Assembly: GCA_031253545.1 (NCBI GenBank)
Contig: JAIRWH010000068.1
Location: 16,165 to 80,164 of the forward strand
Length of the DNA: 64,000 bases
Direction: 5' to 3'
Source of the DNA: Oscillospiraceae bacterium
GTDB taxonomy: Bacteria > Bacillota > Clostridia > Oscillospirales > UBA929
Position numbers and translations under genes: made by a program. Below, piece after piece: positions 29,696 to 39,972 of the stretch. Positions within the stretch are counted from its first letter, which is position 1. Each line of letters opens with the position of its first letter. The notes under the pieces were generated by a model. It was not told where the DNA came from, did not search any database, and saw only the letters and a list, made by a program, of their open reading frames with translations.

Positions 29696-30349
29696 TTGCG
29701 GGAAAGACTGCAAAAAATCATCGCTTCCGGCGGCAGCTGTTCCCGCCGCGAGGCCGAGCGCCTCATTGCCGCCGGCCGTGTCACGGTCAACGGCGTCGCG
29801 GCGGCCGCGGGCGACACGGCGGACCCCGCGCGCGATGTTGTGGCGGCGGACGGCGCGGCGGCAAACGCCCCGAAACGCCGCGACTACATACTCATGTATA
29901 AGCCGCGCGGCGTGGTGGTCACAAGGCGCGACGAAAAGGGGCGCAAGACGGTGATGGACCTGTTGCCGGGGCAATACCGCCACCTCGTGCCGGCGGGGCG
30001 TTTGGACTTGTCCTCCGAGGGCCTTCTGCTCCTCACAAACGACGGCGACGTGATATACAACCTCACGCACCCTTCGCGTAAAATAAAGAAGGTCTACCTC
30101 GCCTGGGTGCAAGGAAGCGCGGCCGCCTTGCCGCCCCACGCCCGCCCGGTTTCGCCCGGTCTGCTCGCCGTAACGCTGCGGGAGGGCAAAAACAGGCAGG
30201 TGCGCAATATGTGCGAACACGCGGGGTTGCACGTCACCCGCCTCAAACGCGTGGCGGAAGGCCCGCTGAAAATCGGCGGCTTAAAGAGCGGCCAATGGCG
30301 GCTCCTCACCGAAAAGGAAATAGAAAAGCTGAGGCTGCTGTCCCGATGA
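29696..30349 (+). CDS. rluB: rRNA pseudouridine synthase (RsuA/RluB family)
   Basis: S4 domain (RLQKIIASGGSCSRREAERLIAAGRVTVNG), GRLDLSSEGLLLLTNDG catalytic Asp motif and EGKNRQVRNM. TTG start. Confidence 0.8.
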   Translation: MRERLQKIIASGGSCSRREAERLIAAGRVTVNGVAAAAGDTADPARDVVAADGAAANAPKRRDYILMYKPRGVVVTRRDEKGRKTVMDLLPGQYRHLVPAGRLDLSSEGLLLLTNDGDVIYNLTHPSRKIKKVYLAWVQGSAAALPPHARPVSPGLLAVTLREGKNRQVRNMCEHAGLHVTRLKRVAEGPLKIGGLKSGQWRLLTEKEIEKLRLLSR

Positions 30350-31464
30350 GCGCGTTTACCGTGTTGCGCGAGGAAGGCCACGCGCGGCGCGCGGTATACG
30401 CCACGGCGCATGGGGATATTCACACGCCCGTATTCATGAACGTGGCCACGCAGGCGGCCATGAAAGGCGGCCTCGCCGCCTGCGACCTGCGCCGCGCGGG
30501 TTGCTCCGTGGTTCTCGCCAACGCCTACCATCTGCACCTGCGCCCGGGCGAGGATACCGTGCGTTCAATGGGCGGGCTGCACGGCTTCATGCGCTGGTCC
30601 GGCCCCATGCTCACAGACAGCGGCGGCTTTCAGGTCTATTCGCTCGCGGGCAGGCGCAAGATTACCGACGAGGGCGCGGAGTTTGCCTCGCACATAGACG
30701 GCGCGCGCGTATTTATCGGCCCGAGGGAAAGCGTGAGAATCCAAACCGCCCTCGGCGCGGACATCATCATGGCTTTCGACGAATGTGTGGAAAGCACGGC
30801 CTCGCGCGAGGTTGTGCAAAGCGCTTCGGAGCGCACGCTGCGCTGGCTGGATTGCTGCATAGACGAGCACGGGCGCGCGGGGCAAGGCGCGCGGGCGCTC
30901 TGGGGCATAAACCAAGGCGGCGTGTACGAGGATATTCGCGCGGACAACCTCCTGCGCCTCCAAGAGCGCGGTCTGCCCGGCGTGGCCATAGGCGGCCTTG
31001 CCGTGGGCGAGGAAAAGGCCGCGATGTACCACATCCTCGACATACTCTGCCCATTACTGCATAAGCATATTCCCCGTTACCTCATGGGCGTGGGCACGCC
31101 GGAGGATATACTGCAAGCCGTGAGCCGGGGCATAGACTTCTTCGATTGCGTGCTGCCCGCCAGAAACGGCCGTCACGGGCACCTGTACACGCGCAAGGGC
31201 AAAATCAACATCAAAAACGCGCGTTACAGGCTCGACGAAAACCCCATAGACGAACAATGCGGGTGCGAGGTCTGCGCCCTGTACACAAGGGCGTACCTGC
31301 GCCACCTGTTTACCTGCGGCGAACTGCTCGCGCTGCGGTTGGGCGCGTACCACAACCTTTACTATTACAACAGCCTCATGGCGCAAATACGGCAAAACTT
31401 GGAAAACGGCACGTTTAACGCTTTCAGAAAGGCGATGACAGAATGTTGGACTTCCGGGCCCTGA
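30346..31464 (+). CDS. tgt: queuine tRNA-ribosyltransferase
   Basis: Track ORF trimmed to MSAFTVLREEGHARRAVYATAHGDIHTPVFMNV (ATGA overlap with rluB). TDSGGFQV and CxCxxC zinc site (CGCEVC). Confidence 0.9.
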   Translation: MSAFTVLREEGHARRAVYATAHGDIHTPVFMNVATQAAMKGGLAACDLRRAGCSVVLANAYHLHLRPGEDTVRSMGGLHGFMRWSGPMLTDSGGFQVYSLAGRRKITDEGAEFASHIDGARVFIGPRESVRIQTALGADIIMAFDECVESTASREVVQSASERTLRWLDCCIDEHGRAGQGARALWGINQGGVYEDIRADNLLRLQERGLPGVAIGGLAVGEEKAAMYHILDILCPLLHKHIPRYLMGVGTPEDILQAVSRGIDFFDCVLPARNGRHGHLYTRKGKINIKNARYRLDENPIDEQCGCEVCALYTRAYLRHLFTCGELLALRLGAYHNLYYYNSLMAQIRQNLENGTFNAFRKAMTECWTSGP

Positions 31465-32336
31465 CGCCGGACGACGCGCCCACCGTGAAGGCTTACCTTT
31501 CCCACTGCGCCCACCGCCTTTCCGACATCACTATGGGCACGCTGTTCATGTGGCGGGATTATCTGCATACGCAGATTGCCGCGCAAGGTGGGAGCCTGTT
31601 CATAAAAATCGCCCCGCCCGACATAACCGGTTACTTACACTACATACCGCTCTCGCGCGATTTCCCCGCCGCCGTGCGCGCCGCGGCGGAAGATATGCGA
31701 AAAGCGGGCGAAGAGCCGAGGTTTTCCACCGTGTCACGCGAACAGTTAGCCGCCTTGCGCGGTGTGCTCAACATCAAGCGCGCCGTCACCTCGCGCAACT
31801 GGCACGACTACCTCTACGACGCGCCCTCGCTCGCCGCCATGGCCGGGCGCAAATACGCCGGCCAGCGCAACCATATCCACAAGTTTGAGAAAGCCTGCCC
31901 GCTCGCGCGCTTTGTGCCCTACTCAACCGAATACGACGGGGCTTTGCGGCGTTTCACGGAGCGTTTCTACGCCAAGAACCCCACGCAAGACGCCACGGCG
32001 GAGGAAGAACGCCGCAAACTCATGGATATGCTGCACGATTTAGAGCGCTTCTCCCTGTTTGCCTCCCTGCTCGTTGACGGCGAGGAGATAGCGGCGCTCG
32101 CCGTGGGCGAGATACTCGGCGACACGCTCTTTGTGCATACGGAGAAAGCGGACACAAGCTACCCCGGCGCGTACCAGACCGTCGTCCGCCGGTTCGCCCA
32201 AGCCCACGCCGGCGAAGGGGTGCTTTACATCAACCGCGAGGAAGACCTCGGCATTGAGGGGCTGCGCGTTTCCAAGCAAAGCTACCACCCCCTCAGGCTA
32301 TTGGAAAAATACACGGTCACTGTAGCACTGCCTTAA
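31443..32336 (+). CDS. DUF2156 domain protein (aminoacyl-phosphatidylglycerol synthase C-terminal-like, GNAT fold)
   Basis: FMWRDY and GQRNHIHKFEK segments typical of DUF2156 (from memory). 297 aa. Confidence 0.5.
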   Translation: MLDFRALTPDDAPTVKAYLSHCAHRLSDITMGTLFMWRDYLHTQIAAQGGSLFIKIAPPDITGYLHYIPLSRDFPAAVRAAAEDMRKAGEEPRFSTVSREQLAALRGVLNIKRAVTSRNWHDYLYDAPSLAAMAGRKYAGQRNHIHKFEKACPLARFVPYSTEYDGALRRFTERFYAKNPTQDATAEEERRKLMDMLHDLERFSLFASLLVDGEEIAALAVGEILGDTLFVHTEKADTSYPGAYQTVVRRFAQAHAGEGVLYINREEDLGIEGLRVSKQSYHPLRLLEKYTVTVALP

Positions 32337-32421
32337 TTAATGCTTATGTACATACAATTGCGGCAATGGCGCAGGTTTAACGCGAACGCGCCGCGCTTGC
32401 CCTGCCCGTGTCAATTCGGTG

Positions 32422-32450
32422 TTGCGTTTGGCGCAAAAGTGTGTTATACT
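32422..32450 (+). promoter_or_regulatory. sigma-A type promoter for the tRNA pair
   Basis: TTGCGT (32422-32427), 17-bp spacer, TGtTATACT extended -10 (32445-32450), about 13 nt before the tRNA-Thr 5' end. Confidence 0.55.
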
Positions 32451-32463
32451 GTCTCGGTGTCAC

Positions 32464-32539
32464 GCTGCTGTAGCTCAAACGGCAGAGCGCGTCCTTGGTA
32501 AGGACGAGGTAGCCGGTTCAATCCCGGCCAGCAGCTCCA
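32464..32539 (+). tRNA. tRNA-Thr (anticodon GGU), CCA encoded
   Basis: Hand-folded cloverleaf: acceptor GCTGCTG/CAGCAGC, D arm GCTC/GAGC, anticodon arm CGTCC-TTGGTAA-GGACG, T arm GCCGG-TTCAATC-CCGGC. 76 nt. Confidence 0.9.
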
Positions 32540-32546
32540 CTTGTGC

Positions 32547-32620
32547 AGGGGCATGATGTAATGGTAACATACCGGTCTCCAAAACCGTTTTTGAGGGTTC
32601 GAGTCCTTCTGCCCCTGCCA
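32547..32620 (+). tRNA. tRNA-Trp (anticodon CCA), CCA encoded
   Basis: Acceptor AGGGGCA/TGCCCCT, anticodon loop CTCCAAA, T arm GAGGG-TTCGAGT-CCTTC. 74 nt. Closely resembles B. subtilis tRNA-Trp (from memory). Confidence 0.9.
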
Positions 32621-32624
32621 TACA

Positions 32625-32650
32625 GCGCCGCAACGGCACCGTTGCGGCGC
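32625..32650 (+). other. perfect GC-rich hairpin after tRNA-Trp (processing/termination signal candidate; no U-tract)
   Basis: gcgccgcaacgg / ccgttgcggcgc 12-nt inverted repeat with a minimal loop. Confidence 0.5.
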
Positions 32651-32677
32651 GGCGGTAAACGCGGAGGTTACGGGCGC

Positions 32678-33583
32678 ATGGAACAACCTGCTGTATTACG
32701 CACGGACGGACTGACGAAGAAATACGGCGCTTTCACCGCGCTCAACGCCGTGTCGCTCACGGTGCGCCCCGGCGACATATACGGGCTGATAGGGCGCAAC
32801 GGCGCGGGGAAGACCACCCTCTTCAAGTGCGTCATGGGGCTTGCCGCGCCCACGGCCGGTACTGTGGCAATCAACGGCGAAAGTTCGCGCTTGAGAGCCG
32901 AAAGGCGCAAAATGGGCTTTATGCTCGCCCCGTCGTTCTTTCCGTATCTGACCGCGAGGGATAACTTGGAATACCTGTGCAGGCTGAAAGCCGTGCGCGG
33001 GCGCGGGGAGGCGGAGCGGGTGCTCTCGCTTGTGGGTCTTCGCGGCGAAAAGAAACCGTATAAAGCCTTTTCGCTGGGCATGAAGCAGCGTTTGGGCATC
33101 GCGGCGGCTCTGCTCGGCGCGCCGGGCGCGGCGGTGCTCGACGAACCGATAAACGGCCTTGACCCGCAGGGTATTATTGACATACGCAATGTCATCAAAG
33201 ACATTCACTCGCGCGAAGGCGTCACGTTCGTCATATCCTCGCATATACTGGCGGAGCTGGAGCTGACGGCCACGGTGTTCGGCTTTATCGAGCAGGGGGC
33301 GTTGCTTAGGGAAATATCGCGCGAAGAGCTGCGCGAGAGCACGAAAAAGACGCTGACAATTGATACCGACGACCCGCAAAAGGCAAGGCTGGTGGTAGAG
33401 GGAATGGGCGCGGGCGACATTGCTCAAAACGGCTCCGCGCTGGTGCTTTCCTCCGGCGCGGAACGCGCCGGGCTCTACGCCCGCGCCTTGGTGGAAAGCG
33501 GCGTGGAGTTACGCCGTTTGAGCGCGGAGGAGACCACACTGGAGGAATATTTTTTGCGCCTTATAGGTGGCAAAAGTGTTTAG
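32678..33583 (+). CDS. ABC transporter ATP-binding protein (ABC-2/bacitracin-lantibiotic exporter type)
   Basis: Track ORF trimmed to MEQPAVLRTDGLTKKYG (GGAGG SD). GRNGAGKTT Walker A, SLGMKQRLGIA signature and LDEPINGLD Walker B. Confidence 0.85.
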   Translation: MEQPAVLRTDGLTKKYGAFTALNAVSLTVRPGDIYGLIGRNGAGKTTLFKCVMGLAAPTAGTVAINGESSRLRAERRKMGFMLAPSFFPYLTARDNLEYLCRLKAVRGRGEAERVLSLVGLRGEKKPYKAFSLGMKQRLGIAAALLGAPGAAVLDEPINGLDPQGIIDIRNVIKDIHSREGVTFVISSHILAELELTATVFGFIEQGALLREISREELRESTKKTLTIDTDDPQKARLVVEGMGAGDIAQNGSALVLSSGAERAGLYARALVESGVELRRLSAEETTLEEYFLRLIGGKSV

Positions 33584-34319
33584 CTTAATCCGCGCCGAGG
33601 TCTACCGCCTTCTGCGGAAAAAGAGTATGTACGTCTACTTTTGTTCGCTTGCCGCCGCTTACGCGCTCATAGCGTTCGTGCGCTCGGGCGGTTTCAACGC
33701 CGAATCCATAGTAGGCGACGCGGTAAACTTCCTGTCGCTTCTGCCGATTGTGGCGGGCGGGTTTATCTTTACGGCGGTCTACACCGACGATTTGGCCTCG
33801 CGCGCTCTGCCCGCGCTCATAGGCTCCGGCATGAGCAGAGGCGGCATAGTGGCCGCCAAGCTCATACTCGCGGCGATGCTCGGTGCTTTTGTCTTCGGTC
33901 TCGCGCCGCTCGTGCCGTATGCCACGCACGCCGCGCTCGGCTTTGCGGCTTCCGGCGCGGTCATGGCGCGAATATACGCCGCGGCCTTGAAGTTCTGTTT
34001 GGTCACGGTGGGCTATTGCGCGCTGTCCGGCGCGGCGGTATACGGTTTGCAACGCGCCACGGCCGCCGTGGTGCTGTATATACTGCTCTCACTCAATGTT
34101 GTCGGCGGGCTGCTCGCCGTGCTGCTGCGCAACGCGCTGGGCGAGGCCGCCGCCACGGCCATCGCCTCGCGCACACTTTCCGGCATTACCGACAGGCTGC
34201 TCGACGCGCTTGTCGGCTCCGCGTCGGCATTGCCGCCGCTCGTTGAGTTTACGGCATATACTGCAGCCTCGGTTCTGCTCTCGGCGGCGTTGTTTTACAA
34301 AAAGGAGTTGGAGTTTTAG
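33567..34319 (+). CDS. ABC-2 family transporter permease
   Basis: 250-aa protein with about 6 hydrophobic segments. Overlaps the ATPase stop. GTG start. Confidence 0.65.
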   Translation: MAKVFSLIRAEVYRLLRKKSMYVYFCSLAAAYALIAFVRSGGFNAESIVGDAVNFLSLLPIVAGGFIFTAVYTDDLASRALPALIGSGMSRGGIVAAKLILAAMLGAFVFGLAPLVPYATHAALGFAASGAVMARIYAAALKFCLVTVGYCALSGAAVYGLQRATAAVVLYILLSLNVVGGLLAVLLRNALGEAAATAIASRTLSGITDRLLDALVGSASALPPLVEFTAYTAASVLLSAALFYKKELEF

Positions 34320-34721
34320 GTGAGCGGGAAAAAGAAACCGATAATCTGCGCGGCGGCGGCCCTTGCCGCCGCGGGAGTAATCGCCGCCGCCGTGTGGGGC
34401 AGACAGTATTACAACGACCGCTATGTGGGCGCGGACTATTACGCCCGTGTTCCGGCGGATTACGATGTGACGCCGGAAACGCTGTACTCGGACAGCGGTG
34501 AGGATGTGGGCCTCGGTAAAGTATACAGCCTGACGGCATACGACCCGCAAGGCGAGCCGAGGACGGCGGAGTTCATTGTCCACGCGGACAGGTCGGCGTT
34601 GCCGCAGCCCGGCGCGTATCTGTATATCGGCGCGAGCCGGCAGATAGTGCTCTCCTGGAGTCTCATCAATGAAGGCGACATTCCCCCGGCGGCGCTGGAA
34701 AAGCTCAAAGCGGGTGATTGA
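34320..34721 (+). CDS. YxeA family protein (DUF1093), membrane anchored
   Basis: N-terminal anchor, then YYNDRYVGADYYARVP...YSLTAYDPQGEPRTAEF...GAYLYI pattern typical of YxeA/DUF1093 (from memory). Confidence 0.6.
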   Translation: MSGKKKPIICAAAALAAAGVIAAAVWGRQYYNDRYVGADYYARVPADYDVTPETLYSDSGEDVGLGKVYSLTAYDPQGEPRTAEFIVHADRSALPQPGAYLYIGASRQIVLSWSLINEGDIPPAALEKLKAGD

Positions 34722-34764
34722 GCATATTTTACGCGATACATGACCGAAAAGGGAGAAATGCGAT

Positions 34765-35976
34765 TTGACCGATACCGTGATGGCGGTGATTGTGCCCGAC
34801 GGCGCGGCCGACCACCCCGTGGCCGAATACGGCGGCAAGACACCTTTCGAACAGGCGGACACACCCTGCCTTGACGCTTTGGCGCGACGGGGAGTGTGCG
34901 GCTTAGTGAAAACCGTGCCGGAAGGCATGTTCCCCGAAAGCGACACGGCCAACCTTTCCATACTCGGTTACGACCCGGCGGTTTATTCCAAAGGCCGCGC
35001 GCCGTTGGAGGCCGTCAGCATGGGCTTGGAAATGCGCCCGTCCGACACGGCTTTTCGCTGTAACCTAATTACCCTTACGCCCGGCGGCGCTTTCGGGCAA
35101 AAGGTCATGTCGGACCACAGCGCGGGCGGCATAGACTCGGCGGACTCCCACCAACTGCTCGCATATCTGCATAAGCACTTAGGCTCGGAGGCGGTCAGGT
35201 TCCACGGCGGCGTGAGTTACAGGCACTGTGTGCTGTGGGGCGACTGCCCGCCTTACGGCGGTTTTGCCCGCCCGCACGACATATTGGGAAAGCCCGTGGG
35301 CGAATACTTACCCGACGAAACCGAATATGCGGACTTGATGGAACGCGCCCACGAACTGCTCGCCGCCCACCCGCTCAACGCGCGGCGGCGTGAACAAGGT
35401 CTGCCCGAAGCCAACGGCATATGGCTCTGGAGCCCCGGCGGAAAGCCGTTGCTGCCGAGCTTTGAGCAAAAATACGGCATGAGCGGCGCGGCGGTGGCCG
35501 CCGTGGACCTGATAAAAGGCATAGCCCTCTGCGCCGGCTTGGAAGCGCCGGCGGTGCCCGGCGCCACGGGCGACTGCCGCACCGACTACGCCGCCAAAGG
35601 CCGCGCGGCGGTGGAGGCGTTCGAGGGCGGGGCGCGCTTTGTGTTCGTGCACATAGAAGCGCCCGACGAAGCCGGTCACGCCGGCGACGCGGAGCAGAAG
35701 ACCTTGTCGCTTGCCCGCATTGACGCGCGCATCACGCGGCCGATATGCGAATACTTAGACGAAACACACGCCGACTACACGGTATTGGTGCTGCCCGACC
35801 ACCCCACGCCCCTGCGCCTGCGTACACACACGGGCGACCCCGTGCCGTATCTGCTCTACCGCAAAGGCGCGGAAACACAAGGCCCCGCCGCCTACTGCGA
35901 GCGCGCGGCGCACGAGGGCAACGGCCCGTATATTCCGCGGGGGCACGAGCTGCTCGATTACGCCCTGAGGCGCTGA
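34765..35976 (+). CDS. apgM: cofactor-independent phosphoglycerate mutase, archaeal-type (ApgM family; also annotated as proposed homoserine kinase)
   Basis: VIVPDGAADHP...TPFEQADTPCLDALA...SDTANLSILGYDP...HIEAPDEAGHAGD metalloenzyme-superfamily motifs. TTG start with AAGGGAGA SD. Confidence 0.75.
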   Translation: MTDTVMAVIVPDGAADHPVAEYGGKTPFEQADTPCLDALARRGVCGLVKTVPEGMFPESDTANLSILGYDPAVYSKGRAPLEAVSMGLEMRPSDTAFRCNLITLTPGGAFGQKVMSDHSAGGIDSADSHQLLAYLHKHLGSEAVRFHGGVSYRHCVLWGDCPPYGGFARPHDILGKPVGEYLPDETEYADLMERAHELLAAHPLNARRREQGLPEANGIWLWSPGGKPLLPSFEQKYGMSGAAVAAVDLIKGIALCAGLEAPAVPGATGDCRTDYAAKGRAAVEAFEGGARFVFVHIEAPDEAGHAGDAEQKTLSLARIDARITRPICEYLDETHADYTVLVLPDHPTPLRLRTHTGDPVPYLLYRKGAETQGPAAYCERAAHEGNGPYIPRGHELLDYALRR

Positions 35977-35985
35977 GGAGCGCCG

Positions 35986-36222
35986 TTATTCAACCACCAG
36001 CGTCTCCACCTGGGCCTTGAAGGCGGAGAAGTCCTCGTCTGTGCCGTGAACCTCCACCCTGACGGGTTTGGACAGGTCTATGCTGAATATGCCCATGATG
36101 GATTTCGCGTCTATGACATAGCGGCCGCCGATAACGTCAATGTCGAACGGCATTTGACACGCCGCGGCCACAAACCTCTTGACGCTGCCGATAGAATCGA
36201 AAAGCACGTTGAATGATTTCAT
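35986..36222 (-). CDS. HPr-family-like small protein lacking the catalytic His15 context
   Basis: 78 aa. VIDAKSIMGIFSIDLSKPVRVEVHGTDEDFS matches the central/C-terminal HPr pattern. The N-terminal region reads SIGSVKRFVAAAC where HPr has GLHARPA. Confidence 0.55.
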   Translation of the reverse strand: MKSFNVLFDSIGSVKRFVAAACQMPFDIDVIGGRYVIDAKSIMGIFSIDLSKPVRVEVHGTDEDFSAFKAQVETLVVE

Positions 36223-36461
36223 GCCGCGTATTCACCTCCCGTATTGCATACCGCCTATTATACCCCGCCGCCGCCGAAAAAGCAACGCCCAATTACCGGG
36301 GGGATGCGCCCGTTCGCGCTTCCCGCAAGAACTCCGCCAACCCAAGCGGCGCCGCCCCCGTCTTCCCGTTCCGCCTGTGCCCGCGCTTCCCCTTCCCGGA
36401 CGCGGGAGGAGAAGACGGTTAAACCTGCGTTTTGCCCCCCAAAAACCCCAAAAAATCCTTG

Positions 36462-36499
36462 TTGACTATTTATTCACCTTATGTTATAATTATGCATAA
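36462..36499 (+). promoter_or_regulatory. argG promoter with overlapping AT-rich inverted repeat (operator candidate)
   Basis: TTGACT (36462-36467), 17-bp spacer, TATAAT (36485-36490). The 21-bp imperfect palindrome TTATGttATAATTATgcCATAA at 36479-36499 spans the -10. Confidence 0.6.
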
Positions 36500-36513
36500 A
36501 GGAGGTACCCGCG

Positions 36514-37705
36514 ATGCAGAATTACAAGAAGGTGGCCTTGGCCTACTCCGGCGGATTGGATACGTCCGTCATCATTCCGTGGCTCACCGAGACCTACGGC
36601 TGCAAAGTTGTGGCCGTGGCGGCGGACTTAGGGCAAGGCAGCGAATTAGACGGTCTGGGCGAAAAGGCCGTGAAGACCGGCGCTTGCGCCTGTTTCATCG
36701 AAGACCTGCGCGGCGAGTTTGTGCGCGACTTTATCTTTCCTACGCTTAAGATGGGGGCGGTTTATGAGGGCGAATACCTGCTCGGCACATCGTTTGCCCG
36801 CCCCGTCATCGCCAAGCGCGTGGTGGAAATCGCGCTGCGCGAGGGGTGCGATGCCATCGCCCACGGCTGCACGGGCAAGGGCAACGACCAAGTGCGCTTC
36901 GAGCTTACCATCAAGGCCTTCGCGCCGAATATGCCCGTCATAGCCCCGTGGCGCGTGTGGGACATCAAGTCGCGCGAGGAGGAGCTGGATTACGCGCAGG
37001 CGCGCGGCATACCCCTGCCCATATCCCGCGAGACCAACTATTCCAAAGACAGGAACCTCTGGCATCTTTCCCACGAGGGCCTTGACCTCGAAGACCCCGC
37101 CTGCGCCCCGGACTACGAAAAAATCTTGGAGCTGTGCGTTACCCCCGAAAAAGCGCCCGACGAGGGTGAGAATATTTCCGTGGGCTTCGAACACGGCATA
37201 CCTACCAAGCTAAACGGCCGGGAATTGGACGGTGTGCAGTTAATTAGCGAACTAAATAAGCTCGGCGGCAAACACGCCATCGGCATAACCGACATGGTTG
37301 AAAACCGCCTTGTGGGCATGAAAAGCCGGGGGGTGTATGAAACGCCGGGCGGCGCCATCCTCTACAAAGCCCACGCCATGCTCGAGCAGCTTTGTTTGGA
37401 CCGCGACACGCAGCACCTGAAAGCGCGGCTTGCGGGCAGGTTCGCCGAGCTTGTGTACAACGGCCAGTGGTACACGCCGCTCAGGGAGGCCCTGAGCGCG
37501 TTCGCGGACAAAACGCAGGAAAACGTGACCGGCGAGGCGCGGCTGAAACTGTATAAGGGCAACATCATCGCCCAAGGCATGACAAGCCCCCGTACGCTCC
37601 ACGACTTAGAACTTTCCAGTTTCGGCGAAAGCAGCTACAACCAAGCCGACGCGGAGGGTTTCATCAACCTGTTCGGCCTGCCGGTCAAGGTGGGGGCGCT
37701 GCTGC

Positions 37706-37713
<8 letters not shown>
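36514..37713 (+). CDS. argG: argininosuccinate synthase
   Basis: [17 protein letters not shown]-binding motif. 399 aa. Confidence 0.95.
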
Positions 37714-39093
<1,380 letters not shown>

Positions 39094-39097
<4 letters not shown>

Positions 39098-39972
39098 TCA
39101 GCGTGTTTATAGACGGCTCGGAGGGCACCACGGGCTTGAACCTGCGCCAAAGGCTCACGTTTTCGGACGTTGAGATACTCGATATTGACGAAAACCTCCG
39201 CAAGGAGCCCGACGAGCGGAAGCGTCTCATCAACGCCGCCGACTGTGTATTTTTATGCTTGCCCGACGAAGCCGCCCGGCAAGCCGCGGCGCTGTGTGAA
39301 AACCCGCGCACGGTTATCATAGACGCGTCCACAGCCCACAGGGTCGCGCCCGGCTGGGCATACGGCTTTCCGGAGCTTTCCCCGGCTCACGCCCTGGCCG
39401 TTGCCGCCTCGCGCAGAATCGCCGTGCCCGGCTGCCACGCTTCGGGCTTCTGCGCCCTCATATACCCGCTCAGGGCAAAGGGGCTGCTCCCGCGCGAGGC
39501 CGAGCTTTCCTGCGTGTCGCTCACGGGTTACAGCGGCGGGGGCAAAGCCATGATAGAGCAATACGAGGGCGGCGGCCGGGCAAACGCTTGCGCCTCTTAT
39601 TACGCGCTTACGCTGCGCCATAAACACCTGCCGGAAATGCAGGCCGTCTGCTCGCTCGCCGTCCCCCCCGTGTTTACCCCGGCGGTGCTGCCGGTGCGGC
39701 AGGGCATGCTCGTCACCGTGCCGCTCCACGCCGACGCCGATACGCTCTATGCCGCGCTCGCCGGCCATTACGCCGCGTGCGAAGGCATTACCGTATACCG
39801 CGACACCGGCGGCGCGATGCCCGATATACAGGCCGCCAACGGCACGGACAGGTTAGACATTTTCGTATTTGGCCACGGCGCGCAAACCTTGCTCGCCGCC
39901 CGCTTCGACAACCTCGGCAAAGGCGCGTGCGGCGCGGCGATACAATGTTTCGGAATGAGGTATGGATTATGA
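39094..39972 (+). CDS. argC: N-acetyl-gamma-glutamyl-phosphate reductase (short type)
   Basis: Track ORF trimmed to MISVFIDGSEGTTGL (ATGA overlap with argH). PGCHASG catalytic Cys motif. Confidence 0.9.

Noticed and set aside
28608-29954. 448-aa forward ORF, extremely Arg/Gly/His-rich
   Set aside because: It overlaps ytfI-like, ytfJ and rluB, which have recognisable motifs in other frames. Its composition is typical of an out-of-frame high-GC translation.
29696-30349. rluB looked short in the segment between KVYLAWVQG and EGKNRQVR, so a pseudogene or internal deletion was considered
   Set aside because: The frame is intact, the catalytic Asp motif and S4 domain are present, and the overall length (217 aa) is within the range of short RsuA/RluB-family members. 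There is insufficient evidence for decay.
36223-36460. Pro/Arg-rich ORFs (36179..36499, 36213..36422, 36244..36465) in the HPr-like/argG intergenic region
   Set aside because: These are mutually overlapping frames in a GC-rich spacer, without SD and with low-complexity products. The region is better explained as divergent promoter and leader DNA with a degenerate repeat fragment.
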